From an uncultured Desulfobacterales bacterium (GTDB lineage: Bacteria; Desulfobacterota; Desulfobacteria; Desulfobacterales; C00003060), in the NCBI GenBank assembly GCA_964502635.1, contig CAZCXI010000002.1, positions 1-60,360 on the forward strand: a DNA stretch of 60,360 bases. The letters run 5' to 3'. Under the pieces are notes generated by a model. It ran no database searches. It had not been told where the DNA came from and was given only the letters and a program-made list of their open reading frames with translations. The translations under genes and the position numbers were made by a program. Shown piece by piece: positions 28,193 through 38,235 of the stretch; within the stretch, counting starts at the first letter, position 1, and each line of letters begins with the position of its first letter.

Positions 28193-30421
28193 GTGAAACC
28201 TCCCCTGATCGCGCTTAATTTCTGGGCCATACCGCCCTTTGTCAGTTTCATCACCCTGTTCGCCTTGGCCGGCCTGGCCGTGGTCAAGGGGAAGGGTAGA
28301 AAAGTCAACCTGCTTCTTGCGGCGATTTGTTTCCTGGGAGGGCTTTTGAGTCTGGACAAGGCCTTCGCATCGGTGGTGACCGATCCGAACCTGGCCCTAC
28401 GGATCAGTCGCGTAGATCACCTGTTCGTCGTCTTTTTTATCCCGGTCTACCTTCACTTCACTTATTCTTTCCTGGGCATGACTAGTCGAAAATGGCTCAT
28501 CCGTCTTGCCTACGTCTTCAGCGGGTGTCTGAGTATCTTCTCACAAGGGCACTATCACCTGTCAGGGGTGAAGCATTATTTCTTTGGTTACTATGCCCAG
28601 GGAGGCCCCTTGATTTATGTCTTTGGGGTCGCCAGCACGACAAACACGCTGTATTGCCTCTATCTTCTTTTTCGCAGCCTGAGGCAGGAGAAGGATCCGG
28701 ACCGCAAGAACAAGACAAAATACATTATCTTGGGCCTTGGTGGGGCGGCCCTCATGGCCCATTTCGACCTGTTGCCCCTGGCAGGGATCAGCTTTTACCC
28801 GTTGGGAAATTTCGCTTTCATTCCCATCCTCCTCCTGGGCTTTGCAGTACTGAAGCACGACTTGTTGGACATCGGGTTCATGGTTCAAAAGGGCCTGACC
28901 TACTCCGTGCTGACAGGTCTGCTCACGGGGACCTATGCCCTCATGATTATCTTGTTCAATCAGGTCTTTGAAGGAGTGGGGCAGAGATGGTCTATCCTTT
29001 TTTTCATCTCGTTTTTCCTTGTGATCGTCTTTGTCTTTGAGCCATTGAAAAAGCGAGTACAGCTTTTCATTGATCGACTGCTCTTCAAGGGAAAATACGA
29101 TTACCAAAAGACACTCATGGCCTTGAGTGATGCCATGGCTTCCATGCTGAACCTGGACGAGATCATGCACAAGACCCTCGGGACCCTGACCGAGGCCATG
29201 TATCTTGATCGGGGCTATGTCATGCTCGCCGATGATATCGGGGACGAGTTTCGGGTCCGCAGCCACATGGGCACCCTGTCAGACATTGAGGGCCTGTCCA
29301 TGACTCATGCGAGCCCCCTGATTCGGGAAACGGCTCGTCTGAATAGAGAGGTCACCCGGTACAACATCGAAGAATGGTCAGGCGCTTGCGATGATCCCTC
29401 TCGTTTCAGGGAAGATTTCGACCGCCTGGGCGGTACTGTGCTACTGCCTATCGTTTTCAAAGGGGACATGAAAGGACTTCTTGTCCTGGGAAACAAGAAA
29501 TCAGGGGACCTTTTCACGGCCCAAGACTTTGAACTCCTTCGCACCCTGGCCAACCAATGCGCTATCGCCATCGAGAATGCCAAGTCCTACCAGCTTATAG
29601 AAAATCTGAATGAAAACCTCGAGGCCATGGTGGACGAGCGGACCGAAGCACTGAAAAAAGCCCTGGAGGAGAAGGACAAGACGCAGGACCTCCTCATCAG
29701 ATCCGAAAGCCTGGCTGCCGTGGGTGCACTGGTGGCGGGCGTCGCCCATGAATTGAACAATCCCCTGGCCAGTGTTTCCAGTCTGGTTCAGTCAGCCGTG
29801 GAAACCATGGAAAAGGCATCTTCCGAGCCTGTTGCCGGGGCAACGGATCGTACGGAACAAGACGAGGAATTGGTTGATGATTTGAGATTTAGCCTGAAAG
29901 AATTGAATCGTGCCAAGGATATTGTGGCAAGCCTCCTTGGGATATCCCGTCAGACCCAAGAATACTCTGAACCTGTCATACTGAACGACGTGTGCAGAAA
30001 CGCCCTGAAAGTCCTCTACAACCGGTATAAACGGACCGGCATCGAGATGAACGAGGCCTACGAAGACGACCTGCCTGAAATTAGAGGAAATTTTTCCAAC
30101 CTGGGGCAGGTCTGCCTGAATATTATAACCAATGCCATCCAGGCCGTGGACAGCGATCAAGGGAGGATCGCCCTAAGGACCCGGTCCGATAAGGAAAAAG
30201 GGCTGGTCATCTTCGAATGTGAGGACAACGGCCCCGGAATCACAAAGGACGTCATGAGCAATATTTTCAAGCCGTTCTATACCACGAAGGAGGTGGGTAG
30301 AGGCACCGGCCTGGGGCTATATATCTCCTATGAGATTGTCCGCCGCCACAACGGCAACATCTTTGCCCATCATAACGCCCGAGGTGGTGCTACCTTCCGT
30401 GTGGAGCTGCCCGTCAGCTAG
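28193..30421 (+). CDS. multi-TM sensor histidine kinase with a GAF domain
   Basis: About 7 N-terminal TM helices, a GAF-like region, H-box AHELNNPLA, and HATPase N/G boxes (NAIQA, DNGPGI, GTGLGL). Confidence 0.9.
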   Translation: MKPPLIALNFWAIPPFVSFITLFALAGLAVVKGKGRKVNLLLAAICFLGGLLSLDKAFASVVTDPNLALRISRVDHLFVVFFIPVYLHFTYSFLGMTSRKWLIRLAYVFSGCLSIFSQGHYHLSGVKHYFFGYYAQGGPLIYVFGVASTTNTLYCLYLLFRSLRQEKDPDRKNKTKYIILGLGGAALMAHFDLLPLAGISFYPLGNFAFIPILLLGFAVLKHDLLDIGFMVQKGLTYSVLTGLLTGTYALMIILFNQVFEGVGQRWSILFFISFFLVIVFVFEPLKKRVQLFIDRLLFKGKYDYQKTLMALSDAMASMLNLDEIMHKTLGTLTEAMYLDRGYVMLADDIGDEFRVRSHMGTLSDIEGLSMTHASPLIRETARLNREVTRYNIEEWSGACDDPSRFREDFDRLGGTVLLPIVFKGDMKGLLVLGNKKSGDLFTAQDFELLRTLANQCAIAIENAKSYQLIENLNENLEAMVDERTEALKKALEEKDKTQDLLIRSESLAAVGALVAGVAHELNNPLASVSSLVQSAVETMEKASSEPVAGATDRTEQDEELVDDLRFSLKELNRAKDIVASLLGISRQTQEYSEPVILNDVCRNALKVLYNRYKRTGIEMNEAYEDDLPEIRGNFSNLGQVCLNIITNAIQAVDSDQGRIALRTRSDKEKGLVIFECEDNGPGITKDVMSNIFKPFYTTKEVGRGTGLGLYISYEIVRRHNGNIFAHHNARGGATFRVELPVS

Positions 30422-30624
30422 TGTTCATCCATAAATGGCATCTTTCGGCCCGATGCGGCGTTCTCCGCGGGTCTCCGTCCTCGACGTAGCGCTGCTACGC
30501 CTGTGGCGAAAACCCTTGTGCGGCCTTGCCTCGGACCAAAATCTGCCATTTATGAATGAACACCTTGTCGTGCTCAACCGAGCTATGTTGGTTCGGTGGC
30601 CCCGGGTTCGTGGATGGACACTAG
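30418..30624 (+). mobile_element. 207-bp MITE-like interspersed element, copy 2
   Basis: Same element as 7579..7785, in the opposite orientation. Its terminal CTAGs contain the TAG stop of the kinase (30419-30421) and the TAG stop of pdxA (complement of 30621-30623). Confidence 0.6.
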
Positions 30625-31631
30625 CTGGCTCTCATCCTTGTTATTGCCTGGTGGGCGGCCATGTCTATGGCGGCCAGCAGGCTCCCGGGGTCTGCCTTGC
30701 CGGTGCCTGCAATATCATAGGCTGTACCATGATCCACAGAGGTCCGCACGATGGGAAGACCCAAGGTTGTGTTCACGCCGTCGGAAAAATGGACCATCTT
30801 AAAGGGGATAAGGCCTTGATCGTGGTACATGGAGATGACCGCATCCCACCTATCTTTCAAAGCCCGATAGAACAGGGTATCTGCCGGGTAGGGACCCGAC
30901 ACATTGACCCCCGCCCTGGCAGCCTGCTGGAGAGCTGGGGAGATGACCTGGATCTCTTCATCTCCGAACAGGCCATCTTCCCCGGCATGGGGGTTTAAGG
31001 CCGCCACGGCAAGGGTGGGTTTGGGGATACCAAAGGAGTCTTTGAGGGCCTGGTTTGTAATGAGGATCGTCTTAAGGACGGCGCCGGTCGTCAGGCTGGT
31101 GGAAACCCGAGCCAGAGGCAGATGGGTCGTTACCAGAGAGACCCGGAGCCGAGTACCCGCGAGCATCATGACACAGTGTGAAGTTCTTGTCTGCTCAGCC
31201 AGAAGCTCGGTGTGGCCGTCAAAGTTGAACCCGGCTGCGTGCATGGCCTTTTTGTTGATGGGACACGTGGCCAGGCCGTGGATGCGGCCCTCCATGGCCC
31301 ACTTCACACCCTCGATGATATAGCTTACCATGGCCCGGCCGGTTGCTTGAGTAGGCCGGCCGGGTCGAAGCTGACTGCAATCCAGATCAGAGAGCCCCAC
31401 GACGTCTATCCTGCCGTATTGCCCGCCTGCGGCCTCGACGCCTTCAACGCCTCGAATGGTCAACCCGGCCCTCAGGAGCTGGTTTGTTGCAGCCAACACC
31501 TGGACATCGCCCAAAACAAAGAGGCGGCAGGTTTCATACGCAGATTGGCGGCAGAGGGCTTTGAGGATGATTTCAGGCCCGATCCCCACGGGATCTCCCA
31601 TGGTGATGCCTATAATGGGACGGTCGGTCAT
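30621..31631 (-). CDS. pdxA: 4-hydroxythreonine-4-phosphate dehydrogenase
   Basis: IGITMGDPVGIGPEI N-terminus, GHTE, and VDHGTAYDIAGTGKADPGS. RBS AAGGAAG lies before ATG 31631; the frame is open to 31682. Confidence 0.93.
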   Translation of the reverse strand: MTDRPIIGITMGDPVGIGPEIILKALCRQSAYETCRLFVLGDVQVLAATNQLLRAGLTIRGVEGVEAAGGQYGRIDVVGLSDLDCSQLRPGRPTQATGRAMVSYIIEGVKWAMEGRIHGLATCPINKKAMHAAGFNFDGHTELLAEQTRTSHCVMMLAGTRLRVSLVTTHLPLARVSTSLTTGAVLKTILITNQALKDSFGIPKPTLAVAALNPHAGEDGLFGDEEIQVISPALQQAARAGVNVSGPYPADTLFYRALKDRWDAVISMYHDQGLIPFKMVHFSDGVNTTLGLPIVRTSVDHGTAYDIAGTGKADPGSLLAAIDMAAHQAITRMRAS

Positions 31632-32379
31632 GGTGGCTTCCTTTGAGCCGTCGTACAACGGGCTGTGTTGGGCACGCTGCAATGGTTTCCCTACAGGTTC
31701 GGAACACAGAAGTCAAACGGCCGGGCAACTGAACACAACCCCTTTGCCGGCGCTGCCGGGGGTTCACGGTCCAGACCCCTTCAAACCGCTCCATAGGTCC
31801 TCTCGTCGGTCGTGTAAAGACCTTTATTTCCAGAAAAACAAAGTGTTAGGATATCACGTCATATTTAGTTACAATTCTTAGAAAACAGAAGAAAATGCGA
31901 GAAAATAGACGTTTTCTCAAACCGGGACAGATCTATACATGCACAACAAAATGCGCTATGGCTCTAAAATACTTCGACATAAGGGGGCTCGCAGGAAAAG
32001 GTGAGTGATAGAGCCTTTAAGAGCAATAGCGACATAACACAGTTCAATATTCGGATGTTATGACATGTTGAAAACTATTTCACGAGCCGGCCAAGACTCC
32101 CTCTTTTTCGGTTTGACAATGGATCGTTCCTGTTCTACAAAGCGCACATCCTTTCAGGGTGCGAGGCCGCACTTTTTGAATTTCTAATCAAAATCCAATA
32201 TTTTGGCGTTTTTTTAGACAAACGATGCGTCGACCCGGGATGCCTTATGCGCAAGATGCATGAAGACGATTGCGTGAACACCGGGCAATCGGGCAAGGCG
32301 CCCTCACCGTGATTTGGCATTGTTAATCGTTATGAAGGCAACAAGTATTTCAGAAGGTTCCCAGACAGTGAGTGACGCC

Positions 32380-33720
32380 ATGCAAGCCGCTTGGAATCGA
32401 GCCAAAACCGGCATCCACAAGAAGGTCCCTCACCACAACTTCATGCTCTGGGTTGAACCGCTGGCGTATGTCGCCCAGCGAGAAGAAGAATTTGTCCTAA
32501 GTTGTCCGACGGTTTTTTTCAAGAAGTGGCTCACGCGTCACTATCTCGGTCTGATCGAAAGAGAGCTGGAAGGGGCGTGTGGGAGACCATACCGTGTCAC
32601 TTTCAAGATTTCTGATGAGCCCAATGGAAATGGTTATCATGGGCACGAGGATGACCAACTCTTGCTTCCCCACGTCACCGACCGGCAACCCCAGCTGTCT
32701 GCACTTCATGCTGATTTCACATTCGATCAATTTGTCGTGGGAATATGCAACGATTTTGCCTACAACGCAGCCCTCTCATTGGCCTGTTCGAAAAACGTCT
32801 GTCACAATCCCCTCTTCTTGTTGTCCAATATCGGCCTAGGGAAAAGCCACCTTTCCCAGGCCGTAGCAAACCACATCTTGAGAAGTGACCCCACCCTCCG
32901 GGTTTGCTACATCACGGCTGAGGAGTTTACCAATGCCATGATTTGTGCGCTCCGCCATGACAGGATCGAGGAGTTCAAGGACAAGTATCGAAGGCAGTGC
33001 GACGTGCTGCTGTTGGAAGATGTGCAGTTTCTGAGTGGCAAGGTGAAGACACAGGATGAAGTGGCCTTCACGTTGGATGCCCTGTTGGAAGCCAAGAAGA
33101 AACTGATTTTTACAGGGACCTATCTGCCTCGTGACATCCCAAAGATGGATGAAAAACTGGCGTCACGGCTTTCGGCCGGTATCATTTCGAGCATTGAGTC
33201 TCCGGACCACGACACCCGTGTGCGGATCCTCAAGAAAAAAGCTTCGTTGAAACAACTCGATATTTCGGAAGATGTCGTGCATTACTTGGCGAGCAAGCTT
33301 ACCCAAAATGTGAGGCAACTTGAAAGCGGCTTGATCGGCGTTGGGGCTAAGGCCTCTTTGCTGAATCTCCCCATAGACACCGAGTTGGCCAAGAGTGTTG
33401 TAAAGAACATTGTGCGGCGGTCGCGAGAGATTACCATAGAACGGATTCAAGAACTCGTGTGCAAGTATTACAAACTTACTATGGAGGAATTCCTGTCGCG
33501 CTCCCGTAAGCGCCGTATTGCCCAGCCGAGGCAGATTGCCATGTATTTGGCACGACGCTATACAGACAAATCCCTCCACACCATCGGCCGAAGCTTCAAT
33601 CGGTACCACGCCACCACGTTGCATGCCGTAGGAACGGTGGAGAGACTGATTCGAGAAAACGGGCCTGTTCAGAAGCAGGTAGAGTTCCTTTCCACGAGGC
33701 TGGAATCAGGCGGTCTCTAA
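32380..33720 (+). CDS. dnaA: chromosomal replication initiator DnaA
   Basis: AAA+ core (NPLFLLSNIGLGKSHL, LLLEDVQF) and the C-terminal DNA-binding signature (IAQPRQIAMYLARRYT...GRSFNRYHATTLHAV). Alternative starts are at 32332 and 32314. Confidence 0.95.
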   Translation: MQAAWNRAKTGIHKKVPHHNFMLWVEPLAYVAQREEEFVLSCPTVFFKKWLTRHYLGLIERELEGACGRPYRVTFKISDEPNGNGYHGHEDDQLLLPHVTDRQPQLSALHADFTFDQFVVGICNDFAYNAALSLACSKNVCHNPLFLLSNIGLGKSHLSQAVANHILRSDPTLRVCYITAEEFTNAMICALRHDRIEEFKDKYRRQCDVLLLEDVQFLSGKVKTQDEVAFTLDALLEAKKKLIFTGTYLPRDIPKMDEKLASRLSAGIISSIESPDHDTRVRILKKKASLKQLDISEDVVHYLASKLTQNVRQLESGLIGVGAKASLLNLPIDTELAKSVVKNIVRRSREITIERIQELVCKYYKLTMEEFLSRSRKRRIAQPRQIAMYLARRYTDKSLHTIGRSFNRYHATTLHAVGTVERLIRENGPVQKQVEFLSTRLESGGL

Positions 33721-33754
33721 CATCTCCTCACGCTTTTGCGGTTCAACGTGACCC

Positions 33755-35275
33755 ATGAACAGGTTCCTCTATCCGGCCAAGGCCATCGTCCTGGGACTGT
33801 TTACAACACAGATCCTGGCCACCCTGCACGTGTATCTTTCCGATGCCGACCTCTACCGCACCGTCACGGCTATCACAGAGGCGGGCTATTTCCCTATTCC
33901 CAACCAGCATGTCCTGCACACGCTCAAGGAATTCGGACCTGCATTTTTCGGAGGGTGGTTCTTCACCCTGAGCCTTGGCGCAGGGCTGTCTGTCGTTTCT
34001 GTTGTCTGCGCCTGGATCTGGGATCGAATCCTGGGCCGAAGCCGGGCTTCGCTGATACTCATTGGGCTCCTGTGGTTGGGCGCGGTTGTCGCCGTCAATA
34101 GCCACGGCTTTTGCCCTATGGTCTCCTCCTATTTCCTCGCCACCCCCCTTGTGGTCTTTGCATCCGCCTTGATGTGGATGCCGAAACAGAGTGCGAAAAA
34201 GGGTTGGTTGAACAGGCTTGCCCTGTTGCTGCCCATCGTCCTTCTGACTATCATATGGTCGGCTCATGCGAACCGCTTCTTGTTCCTGGATCTTCGAGAC
34301 TTCCTCCTGTTATCCAACCCCATCGGAAAAAAGGTCGATGATTTTTACTACCGTTATACCCTTTACCCGGCACAGGTGTTCAAGTCCTTGGAGCAAAGAA
34401 CCCTCAAGACGTGCCGTCTGACAGCCATCGAGGGCCAGGCCGTTGGCCGACGCATGGAACGTGTCTTGATCGACTATGACTATCTGCCTGTGTCCCAAGA
34501 GGCCCCCGTTGATCTGGAAGTCGCGGGATCGGCGAACGCCCTCCTCTTCAAACATCAGGGCAAGGCCGTTCTTCGAATCTCCTCCAAGACATTTTTCCTG
34601 CACCCCGAACAGACCCTGAGGCGGTTTTCTGCGGCAACGGACAGGCACGCCCTCTTTCGACAAGCGACCATGGTCTGCCTGCTGATCGGCTTTCCTGTCA
34701 CCTTGTACATCATTGTCTTTGCCCTGTTTCAGTTCGTGTTGGGATCTTTCCTTGGTCCAACACGCTCTCCGGTCGTTGCCGGGGTTGTCTGTTTCCTCAT
34801 TGGCCTGGCTTTACTCGTCCCCCTGCATCTTGCGAGGATGCCGGCACACGATCAAACCGATTTGTCTAAGGCCTTGGATTCTAAGTCCTGGCAGCAAAGG
34901 GTCGCGGCCCTCAGAACTGTGGTAAACCGAAGGCTGGATATTGCGGACTTTCCGGTCTATCGCCGCATACCGGCGAGCCCGAACGTGCCCGAGCGCTACT
35001 GGTTGGCAAAGACGTTGGGGATAAGCCGGCACCCGGAGACCTATCCAGACCTGCTGGCTTTGCTGGATGATCCCCATCCCGACGTGGTTTCCATGGCATT
35101 TTGGGCCTTGGGGCAGAGAGGAGACAGGCGGGCCATCAAGGAGATCTTGAGGAGGATAAAGGCGTCCGATCACTGGTACAACCAGTGGTATGCCTACAGG
35201 GCCATGAGGGGCCTGGGGTGGAGGCAAGAACGTTCCGGCTTTCGGCCTACACGTCTTGGAATACCGTGGCAATGA
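33755..35275 (+). CDS. polytopic membrane protein with C-terminal HEAT-like repeats
   Basis: Multiple TM helices. The C-terminus has [23 protein letters not shown] and [17 protein letters not shown]-lyase-like repeats. Confidence 0.6.
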   Translation: MNRFLYPAKAIVLGLFTTQILATLHVYLSDADLYRTVTAITEAGYFPIPNQHVLHTLKEFGPAFFGGWFFTLSLGAGLSVVSVVCAWIWDRILGRSRASLILIGLLWLGAVVAVNSHGFCPMVSSYFLATPLVVFASALMWMPKQSAKKGWLNRLALLLPIVLLTIIWSAHANRFLFLDLRDFLLLSNPIGKKVDDFYYRYTLYPAQVFKSLEQRTLKTCRLTAIEGQAVGRRMERVLIDYDYLPVSQEAPVDLEVAGSANALLFKHQGKAVLRISSKTFFLHPEQTLRRFSAATDRHALFRQATMVCLLIGFPVTLYIIVFALFQFVLGSFLGPTRSPVVAGVVCFLIGLALLVPLHLARMPAHDQTDLSKALDSKSWQQRVAALRTVVNRRLDIADFPVYRRIPASPNVPERYWLAKTLGISRHPETYPDLLALLDDPHPDVVSMAFWALGQRGDRRAIKEILRRIKASDHWYNQWYAYRAMRGLGWRQERSGFRPTRLGIPWQ

Positions 35276-36095
35276 AGCAACCGGTACCGCCACCGTCTCC
35301 AATGCCGGCCTCGCCATCTGCTGGAGGGGGTCCCTGCGCAGTGTTGGGCTCCGGGGCAGAGATCTCGCCGCCCGGATAGGCTGCCCCGTTTGACACGCCT
35401 ACGGCGTCCAAGTCCAGGCCCGCGCTTCCAACGGTCGGGTAAGGGTCGTAAATGACATGCCCGCTGGTGTCCTCGTCCGCGCCGTCGCCAACGATGTCGA
35501 TCAGCCGTACGTAGCTGACTTGGTCGAGCCCCACATCTTCCAGGTCAAAGGGGGTGCCATATCCTTGCCTGTACTTGCCGGCAAAACCAGCGATGTTCGT
35601 GGGATCCACGGCACCGAATCCGGCTACAGGCTCCGGGGTTAACGAGTCATTATCGAATCGGACAAAGGTTTTGCCGTCTGCCGATACCTCCACATAGGCC
35701 AATTCCAGGAACGTGTCGCTGAAGGCGTTTTCAAACACGGCAAAATCCCATCCTTCCCCATTTTCAATGGGCGTATTAAAGGTCATGGTGATCTGCCCGC
35801 CCCGGCCCAGAGACACCACGTCAGAAGCGGTTCCAGACGCCTTCCCAACCGCTTCTTCAGGCGTTTGAAAGGCGGCGTCCACCTCTGAGCCGGGCTCGTA
35901 ATCTTCCCACCCTGTGGCCCAGGCCACAAAGGCTGAATCATCCTTGTCTATGGCCGTGGAGCCGGGCTCCCCTGCGGCCGGGGGATAAGGCCCGGCCATG
36001 GCCGACATCGACAAGAACGGTGCAGCCAGCAAGAAGGCACACCAGAAAACCCATCCTAAACGAAGCCGGCGTCTGGTTTTCTTCAGAAGATCCAC
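35247..36095 (-). CDS. secreted protein of unknown function, last gene of the cobalamin-riboswitch operon
   Basis: Signal peptide ([12 protein letters not shown]). The C-terminus is [15 protein letters not shown]. The start overlaps the stop of the TonB-dependent receptor gene. Confidence 0.6.
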   Translation of the reverse strand: MDLLKKTRRRLRLGWVFWCAFLLAAPFLSMSAMAGPYPPAAGEPGSTAIDKDDSAFVAWATGWEDYEPGSEVDAAFQTPEEAVGKASGTASDVVSLGRGGQITMTFNTPIENGEGWDFAVFENAFSDTFLELAYVEVSADGKTFVRFDNDSLTPEPVAGFGAVDPTNIAGFAGKYRQGYGTPFDLEDVGLDQVSYVRLIDIVGDGADEDTSGHVIYDPYPTVGSAGLDLDAVGVSNGAAYPGGEISAPEPNTAQGPPPADGEAGIGDGGGTGCFIATVFQDV

Positions 36096-38131
36096 GTTAT
36101 GCCTCCGAAATAGTTGCGAGTCGGCATGGGATAATAGGTCTCACTAAAGGCAATCGTTGAGTACAATTCATCAAAGATATTATTCACCCCAACAAAGCAC
36201 TCCACCCCTTTGTAGCGGTAGGTCAGCTTGCCATCGAAAACCTTGTAGCGGTCCAGGACATCGAACCGGTTGTTGTCCTGGTCATTACCGTCAAATCTTG
36301 GGCCCACATAGGTCCCGGTCAGAGATAGCACCAGCGGCTCAAGGATCTGCCATTCCAGCCCGACCGATGCCTTATGCTCCGGAACCAGGGGGACCGTGGT
36401 GTCTTTGTCTTCAAACTTGGCTTCCGTGTAGGTGTAGTTACCCCAAACATAGAGGGACTCCGTCGCATAAAGCCTGACGTCGGTTTCCAGTCCGCGCCGT
36501 TTTGTTGTGTCCCTAAAATTGCGATTCACCCGGGCGTCTTCGTCAAAGAAGATTTCATCTTCCATCTCGATTTGAAAGACGGTGAATGCGACTTCCACGA
36601 GACCCTTAAAACCATATCGCCCTCCAATATCGATGTGGGTTCCCTCCTGAGGTTTTAATTCCTCTTCTGCCTGGGCGAATTCATCCACATTGGGGATGCG
36701 AAAACTCGTGGCATAGCTCGCAAAAATACTCACTTCAGGACTCAGGGTGTAAACCATGCCGGCATCGTAGACGTTATTGGAAAAATTTCTCTTCAATACG
36801 TCCCCGTTTACCCATCTTTTCACATCGCCGAAGAAGAGCAGTTGATCCGTCCGGAAGCGACCGTCGTAGTCGTTGTACCGGTACCCCAAACGCACGCTGA
36901 GATCCTCTGTCACGGACCAGTCGTTGGTCACAAAAAAGCCGATGCTTTCCGCGTCACTGTTCTCACGATTCTTTGCCGCGAGCTCTTCCCTGATGTAGTC
37001 GGTCTTATCATGATCCAAACCGCACTCAAATTGATGCTCGAGCCCCTTGATTTCGTATGCCTTATGATAGGTCACATCCAAGTTTCTCGTGTCTTCATCG
37101 ATGTTGCTTGTTTGATCCGCTTTCGTGATAAGGGGACTAAAAGCCAGAATAAAGTCATTGTCCCGAAAACGGTATCCTCGGTGGGCCTTGACATCACCCC
37201 ACCGACCCAGGTCGATTTCAATGCCACCCACGCATCGCTGGTCAGAGAGTTCTCCGAAATCTTCCGGACGATCGGTTGAGGTGCGTCGATCCCTTGAAAA
37301 GAGGTCCTCTTTACTCACAGGGCCGGGCAAGCCGTACCGATCTTCATGGTAGGAAGCGGTTAACGTCAGTTTGACAACATCCCTCCAATTGTAGTCCAGA
37401 TGGCCACCGGCATCCTTCTTTTGAAGGTAGCCGTTATCCCTGTATCCATCGGAATCATAATAATCCGCATTCAAATTAAAACCGAGGTTCTTGACCTGCC
37501 CTCGCTGGGACGCCCGCCCGTCAAAGGTGTCATAGCTGCCGTACGACGTGTACAGGCGTGTCTCAGGCTCTTTTTGTCCTTTCTTCGTAATGATATTGAT
37601 AACCCCGCCAACCGCCCCACTTCCATAGAGCACTGAGCCGGCACCGCGTAAGATTTCTATACGTTCGATCTGATCCAACGGAATCGAAGAAAGATCGGGA
37701 GGCAGCAAATCAGGTGTGTTGAGCTTCACCCCATCAACCATGACAATCACGTTACTCACAAAGCTTTCCCCCATGCCCCGCAGATCGACCCCCGCCCATT
37801 TATCGTGTCCGAAAAAGCTCCGGAGGTTTACGCCAGACTCTCTGCCGAGGAGGTCCACGACGTTGTTGCTCGGTGCCTGCTCAATATCGTCTCTCGTGAT
37901 CACGGTCACGTTTCTCGGGATGTTGCGGACTGACTCTTCAATCCTGGCCGCCGTCACCACGACCTCATCCATTTCAAACCGAGGCTGCTCTCCCTGCCCC
38001 CCACGAACCTGACCCGCGTTCTGAGCGTGGGACACACCCCCACCAAAAAGGACACACGACAACAAGCAGGTCAAGCACCACCCCGCTCGGAGGATGCCGG
38101 CCAGGGCAAGGCGAAACTTCGACATGGACAT
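36083..38131 (-). CDS. TonB-dependent outer-membrane receptor (BtuB-like by context)
   Basis: Signal peptide, TonB box DEVVVTA, plug domain ([15 protein letters not shown]), beta-barrel, and a terminal GGITWIF. ATG 38131 was chosen; the frame is open to 38236. Confidence 0.9.
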   Translation of the reverse strand: MSMSKFRLALAGILRAGWCLTCLLSCVLFGGGVSHAQNAGQVRGGQGEQPRFEMDEVVVTAARIEESVRNIPRNVTVITRDDIEQAPSNNVVDLLGRESGVNLRSFFGHDKWAGVDLRGMGESFVSNVIVMVDGVKLNTPDLLPPDLSSIPLDQIERIEILRGAGSVLYGSGAVGGVINIITKKGQKEPETRLYTSYGSYDTFDGRASQRGQVKNLGFNLNADYYDSDGYRDNGYLQKKDAGGHLDYNWRDVVKLTLTASYHEDRYGLPGPVSKEDLFSRDRRTSTDRPEDFGELSDQRCVGGIEIDLGRWGDVKAHRGYRFRDNDFILAFSPLITKADQTSNIDEDTRNLDVTYHKAYEIKGLEHQFECGLDHDKTDYIREELAAKNRENSDAESIGFFVTNDWSVTEDLSVRLGYRYNDYDGRFRTDQLLFFGDVKRWVNGDVLKRNFSNNVYDAGMVYTLSPEVSIFASYATSFRIPNVDEFAQAEEELKPQEGTHIDIGGRYGFKGLVEVAFTVFQIEMEDEIFFDEDARVNRNFRDTTKRRGLETDVRLYATESLYVWGNYTYTEAKFEDKDTTVPLVPEHKASVGLEWQILEPLVLSLTGTYVGPRFDGNDQDNNRFDVLDRYKVFDGKLTYRYKGVECFVGVNNIFDELYSTIAFSETYYPMPTRNYFGGITWIF

Positions 38132-38235
38132 TGACTTTTCCAAAACAATCTCCCAACCCCGCCTCATAGGTTCTTGTACCCCTTCGCAATCATGTGAAAG
38201 GAGGCCGGATTGATTGGAGGGGGTATGCAGATCCA

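Noticed and set aside
31700-32330. The dnaA upstream spacer as oriC.
   Set aside because: By eye there is no cluster of TTATCCACA-like boxes and no obvious AT-rich 13-mer array. It is kept only as a low-interest finding that needs a GC-skew and PWM check.
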